This document shows positions 60,095 through 64,000 of a stretch of 64,000 nucleotides of DNA, one piece after another. How positions within the stretch are numbered: the first letter of the stretch is position 1; each line of letters begins with the position of its first letter. This stretch comes from an uncultured Phocaeicola sp. (lineage in GTDB: Bacteria > Bacteroidota > Bacteroidia > Bacteroidales > Bacteroidaceae). The translations under genes were made by a program, and so were the position numbers. The notes beneath the pieces were generated by a model. The model was not told where the DNA came from and made no database searches. It worked only from the letters and a program-made list of their open reading frames with translations. The stretch lies in assembly GCA_948579315.1 (NCBI GenBank), contig CAPAOL010000015.1:588-64587 (forward strand). Reading direction: 5' to 3'.

Positions 60095-62347
60095 TCAATT
60101 GTTTATCAATGTTATAGCCTCTTTCGCTACTTCTATACAATCACCTTCGGCAGATGCCGCATAGGTGTTCTTTGCCAGTGTCCATGGTTCTTCCAGGGCA
60201 TACCAATCTATGGTCATGGCTGGATTATCGGCAGTGGGGGTTGATGAATTACCTACTGGCAGTACAGGAAGTTTGCCATCCAGTTGGTCTTGCAGTACTT
60301 GCCAGTATTTTTCCCAACGTTTATAATAAAAGTCGCGCAGTAGTCCGTTCCATTCTTTATGGGCATAATCTCGTAACTTGCCGATGTCGGCGCAGTAACG
60401 GTTTCCCCATGTGGTGATTTGTACGCGGGCATTCCATTCGTAGAGGTCTTTCTCTTCAGATGTACTTCCTAGATTGCGCGCTTGTTGAATCCAGTTCCCT
60501 ACTTTGAATTCTTTGCGTGTGCCCAACAGTTTGTCTTGCATTATCAGTAGTTCCAAGAACTGTCGGGTATGTGTGGCATAACTTTTTTTATCGAAGCTTT
60601 TAAAGTCGGCAACAGCGTAATTGTACACTATTCGGGCACGGTCGGCAATGGCTTGTCGGGTGATATCAACTAGATCATATTCAAAGTTGTTGTTACCGCG
60701 ATATTTGTGTGCCACGCTCACCATCAGTCGTGCGGCTTCTGCTGTGGTAGTGGGGTCGTAATAGTTGCACATTTTGCTCCAGCTGGATGCTTGGAAATTA
60801 TTCAGTGATGGGCGCCCGCAAAAGATACTTTCGTGAGGACCTTGTTGGTTGTTGCCTGCCGGACAGTTGTAGATGCCGTTTGCCAAGATTTGCCAAGCTT
60901 GCCAGATAGATTCATCGTCTGTGCCATAGCGTGCGCGGATGTATTGTTTTATCCATTCTTCTTTGGTAAACTTTTCTGCACGCCAAGGTAGTTCGCACAT
61001 CAGTTCGAACATAATGGGATTATTTTCAATGCCTTCCATTGTCAGACCGATGCCTTTTAGCTGAGCGGCCAGTGGGTTGTCTTTGGTCAGGTAAAAATTA
61101 TGAAGAAGTTGGTCCATCCTTCCATGCAAACCCACGTTCCCACCGAAATTTTCCAACAGGCAGAACAACCAGTTGTGTTCTTCGTATCCTTTGTCTCGTT
61201 TCCATATAGAGGGAATGCCCCACATGGGACGACATTCGCTAAATAAATCAAGGATGAGCAGATCGCCGGGATTCAGCGCTTTCATCATTTCCGGGCGTGG
61301 ATTTTCTGTCCATCCCTGCACCACCCACACAGCTTTTGGATTAGCCTTCTTCATTGCGTCCATAATAGCCCTGCCGGCTTTGCCGAAGTCTAGTCCGGCA
61401 GGCAAGCTTTTGGCTTCATGAAAAGGATCGATGGAGTAGTAGTCACTTGTTCCATACAGCTTTTCGGTTTCTTCGTAAAAAAGGCTGGCAATCTGGGTAA
61501 ACTTGGGATCGTCGGGCAGTAAGATTCCCGGCCGGTCAAATCCGTTCCATTTGTTGAGAGTGCTTTGGGCGGATTCCGAGGAAGTGTTGCTTAATGTTTT
61601 CTCTTCTTTTCCACCATCAATACGTTTTCCCAAATCCAGTTTGGAGGGGATCATACCCGAGTAACCGGGCAGTACGGGGTGCATTCCCCATTCTTTCATT
61701 CGTTTCAATATTTTTTTCTGCAAGTCTTCTTGCTGTTTATACCAACTATCGGGGTTAGGGCCTCCCCAGCCTTCCAAATTGTTCATTTCCCACCAGGCAA
61801 GGAATGCTGGTCCGGCAATAAAATCATTGATTTGCTGTTTGGAAAATCCTAAGCGGAGTAATAGGTTACGCCACACACATTCATGTCCTACGGCAGCAAG
61901 TGGCAGGTTGATGCCATGCAGTGCCATCCAATCCAGTTCCTCTTCCCAACGTTTCCAATCCCAAAATGCCATGGAGTAGGAGTAGGTGCAGTAATTGAAA
62001 TCGTAACGCAGGGCCAGATTTGTTTCGTGGCGTTCTTTACGGAAGACGGGAGGAAGAACATTGGGTAGTGAGGCATGCATACCGTTCCATGACAGGTGGA
62101 TTCCGGCATGATACTTTAAGTACCAGTTGATTCCGGTTGCTATATTAATATAGGTATTGCCTCGTATCACTACCTTGTCGCCTTTTTGGTCCAACTCGAA
62201 AAAGTCATTTGGGCTTTTGTGTAGTTCGACTACGAACTTGTCCGATGCTCCCTTGTCTATCCTTTCCAGCATTCCCTTGATGGGGTTTGCCAGTATACCG
62301 GAGGAGAGTAATATCAGCCAGCTCAATAATAAGAATGTGTTTTTCAT
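60095..62347 (-). CDS. GH89 alpha-N-acetylglucosaminidase
   Basis: NYCTYSYSMAFWDW, GPAFLAWW..NNL.GWGGP, DPFHE and TMEG catalytic Glu motifs, DYAHKEWNGL; start 62347 (or 62359). Confidence 0.95.
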   Translation of the reverse strand: MKNTFLLLSWLILLSSGILANPIKGMLERIDKGASDKFVVELHKSPNDFFELDQKGDKVVIRGNTYINIATGINWYLKYHAGIHLSWNGMHASLPNVLPPVFRKERHETNLALRYDFNYCTYSYSMAFWDWKRWEEELDWMALHGINLPLAAVGHECVWRNLLLRLGFSKQQINDFIAGPAFLAWWEMNNLEGWGGPNPDSWYKQQEDLQKKILKRMKEWGMHPVLPGYSGMIPSKLDLGKRIDGGKEEKTLSNTSSESAQSTLNKWNGFDRPGILLPDDPKFTQIASLFYEETEKLYGTSDYYSIDPFHEAKSLPAGLDFGKAGRAIMDAMKKANPKAVWVVQGWTENPRPEMMKALNPGDLLILDLFSECRPMWGIPSIWKRDKGYEEHNWLFCLLENFGGNVGLHGRMDQLLHNFYLTKDNPLAAQLKGIGLTMEGIENNPIMFELMCELPWRAEKFTKEEWIKQYIRARYGTDDESIWQAWQILANGIYNCPAGNNQQGPHESIFCGRPSLNNFQASSWSKMCNYYDPTTTAEAARLMVSVAHKYRGNNNFEYDLVDITRQAIADRARIVYNYAVADFKSFDKKSYATHTRQFLELLIMQDKLLGTRKEFKVGNWIQQARNLGSTSEEKDLYEWNARVQITTWGNRYCADIGKLRDYAHKEWNGLLRDFYYKRWEKYWQVLQDQLDGKLPVLPVGNSSTPTADNPAMTIDWYALEEPWTLAKNTYAASAEGDCIEVAKEAITLINN

Positions 62348-62371
62348 ATACATTTGCATTTTTGTTTTTTA

Positions 62372-62379
62372 CAAATGTA
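62372..62379 (-). promoter_or_regulatory. -7 promoter box of the GH89-led operon (TACATTTG)
   Basis: Exact TAnnTTTG on the minus strand between HTCS and GH89. Confidence 0.6.
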
Positions 62380-62441
62380 AGGGAAACAAAGCTTTTTATA
62401 GGAGAATATGGTGCACAAATGGAGTAAAATAGTAAAGTGAA

Positions 62442-64000
62442 CTATTTTTTTCCAAAATATTCGCTTGGAAGTACTCCAAACAGTTCTTTGAAGCATTTTG
62501 TGAAATATTTAGGGTCGTTAAAACCTACGGCATATGCGATTTCTGCAACAGAAATGTCACATTCTACTTTGGTTAAAGTGTCTTTTGCCACATTTAATCG
62601 GTAGTTTCTCATGAATTGACCAATGGATTGCCCTGTCAAAGATTGTAATTTCTGATTGACTAAGGTTTTGCTGTATCCCATATCGCGGATAAAGCGCTCT
62701 AAGTTATAATCCGAGTCGGCATAATGTTCTTTCATTAAATTGATTGCCGATGTCATAAATGTGTTGTCTTTGGAACTAGCGTTTATATTCAATGTTTCAC
62801 AATTCATACTAGTGGAGAACATGGATTTGTATTTCTGGCGTAAGGCAAGTATATTTCGGATACGTAATCTTAGAATAACCTCATCAAATGGTTTGCACAG
62901 ATATTCATCTACTCCTATTTCATAGCTGATTCTTTCTTGGGCTTCAGACCGGAGGGCAGTGAGCATGAGAAAGGGGATGTGGGAAGTAGCCAGATTAGCT
63001 TTTACCCGGCGGGATAATTCATTCCCGTCCATGACGGGCATCATCAGGTCGCTGACAATCAAATCAATCGTTTCTCTTTGAATCAAGTAAAGAGCTTCTG
63101 CACCGTTCTGTGCTTCTTTTAATTGATAATTGTTTTTGAGAATGGAACAAATATAAGTACGCATATCTGCATTATCTTCAACAATGAGGATGGTTTCCTT
63201 TTTCTCGTTTCCATTGGCAGGAATGGAAAGTGGATGTTCATTCTGCTCATATTTTTCTTTTTCTGATTTGGCTTGGGGGATACCTTTTTCCAAAGGTAAT
63301 AGTATTCTGAAGAAAGCTCCTTGCTTGGGATTGTTTCCTGCATAGATGTTGCCTCCGTGCAGAGAAATGATTTTCTTACATAAGAATAGTCCGATTCCTG
63401 TGCTGCTTTGTCCATAAACGGGATATTTGATGCTCTTTTTGGATTGGTAGAAGCGTTCGAAAATACGTTCTATATCTTCGGGTACGATACCATTACCTGT
63501 ATCTTTTATATCTATGAACAGCCAGGTATGGTTGTCTTTGTCGGTAAGGGAAGCCACATACAAACTTATTTTTCCATAATCGGGAGTGAATTTAACAGCA
63601 TTGGATATCAGATTAATAATGGCTTTGCGCATATATTCAACATCAAATATCCAAAACGGGGTACAGAGCCGGAAGTAGGTGATGATGTTTATGTTCCGTT
63701 CATGGGCAAATACTTCGAAAGGCATTAATATATTTTGTATAAGGCGGATAAAGTTTTCGTTTGTCTTATTTAATACAACTTTGTCTGCATCTAACTTTCT
63801 GAAGTCCATTAATTCATTGACTAGTGATAGCAGATAATTGGAATTCCGTTCAGCTATTTGTAGCTGTTTCTTTACTTCCGGCTCATGGCTTTTGTCAAGG
63901 GCGCGTTGGATGGGACCGTTGATTAAAGTGACTGGTGTCCGGAATTCATGAGTGATATTGGTGAAGAAAGCAATTTTTTCTTCCGTTACCTCCTCGACGT
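62442..64000 (-). CDS. HTCS, C-terminal part (gene starts beyond the window)
   Basis: Frame stays open to the window end with HisKA FFTNITHEFRTP; HATPase, receiver SDLMMP, AraC HTH. Confidence 0.93.
   Translation of the reverse strand, partial: VEEVTEEKIAFFTNITHEFRTPVTLINGPIQRALDKSHEPEVKKQLQIAERNSNYLLSLVNELMDFRKLDADKVVLNKTNENFIRLIQNILMPFEVFAHERNINIITYFRLCTPFWIFDVEYMRKAIINLISNAVKFTPDYGKISLYVASLTDKDNHTWLFIDIKDTGNGIVPEDIERIFERFYQSKKSIKYPVYGQSSTGIGLFLCKKIISLHGGNIYAGNNPKQGAFFRILLPLEKGIPQAKSEKEKYEQNEHPLSIPANGNEKKETILIVEDNADMRTYICSILKNNYQLKEAQNGAEALYLIQRETIDLIVSDLMMPVMDGNELSRRVKANLATSHIPFLMLTALRSEAQERISYEIGVDEYLCKPFDEVILRLRIRNILALRQKYKSMFSTSMNCETLNINASSKDNTFMTSAINLMKEHYADSDYNLERFIRDMGYSKTLVNQKLQSLTGQSIGQFMRNYRLNVAKDTLTKVECDISVAEIAYAVGFNDPKYFTKCFKELFGVLPSEYFGKK

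Noticed and set aside
58969..62347. Heparan sulfate/heparin PUL (HGSNAT plus NAGLU)
   Set aside because: No sulfatase, polysaccharide lyase or GH88 in the operon; mannosidases, GDPD and phosphatase do not fit. Disfavoured, not formally excluded
1033..63728. Numerous 60-190 aa antisense or alternate-frame ORFs inside long genes
   Set aside because: Shadow ORFs fully overlapping well-supported CDSs, with no motifs or initiation signals
1..64000. rRNA, tRNA, prophage, defence or invertible-promoter systems
   Set aside because: None recognisable; no integrase/invertase genes or cloverleaf patterns seen in the intergenic regions

Overview
Bacteroidales chromosome segment. The SusC/SusD pairs, hybrid two-component systems (HTCS) and TAnnTTTG -7 promoters support this; the gene content resembles Phocaeicola/Bacteroides, which is an inference. 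In order it contains: (1) a partly decayed pectin PUL (HTCS, GH28, esterase, GH95, GH3 pseudogene, CE12 pseudogene, CE8, SusC/SusD); (2) a tag (3-methyladenine glycosylase) gene split by a 1371-bp IS256 element with an 8-bp target duplication; (3) an xusABC-like iron/xenosiderophore uptake operon, corA with an unannotated 13-aa leader peptide and alternative hairpins, ahpCF and a LacI regulator; (4) a two-GH30 PUL with its HTCS; (5) a minus-strand PUL of HTCS, GH89, HGSNAT-like acetyltransferase, SusC/D, glycerophosphodiesterase, two GH92, a divergent GH28-like protein and a histidine acid phosphatase. The enzyme set in (5) matches the bonds in glycosyl-inositol-phospho head groups (plant GIPC sphingolipids and/or GPI anchors). 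It is the best candidate for an undescribed system. No database searches were run.
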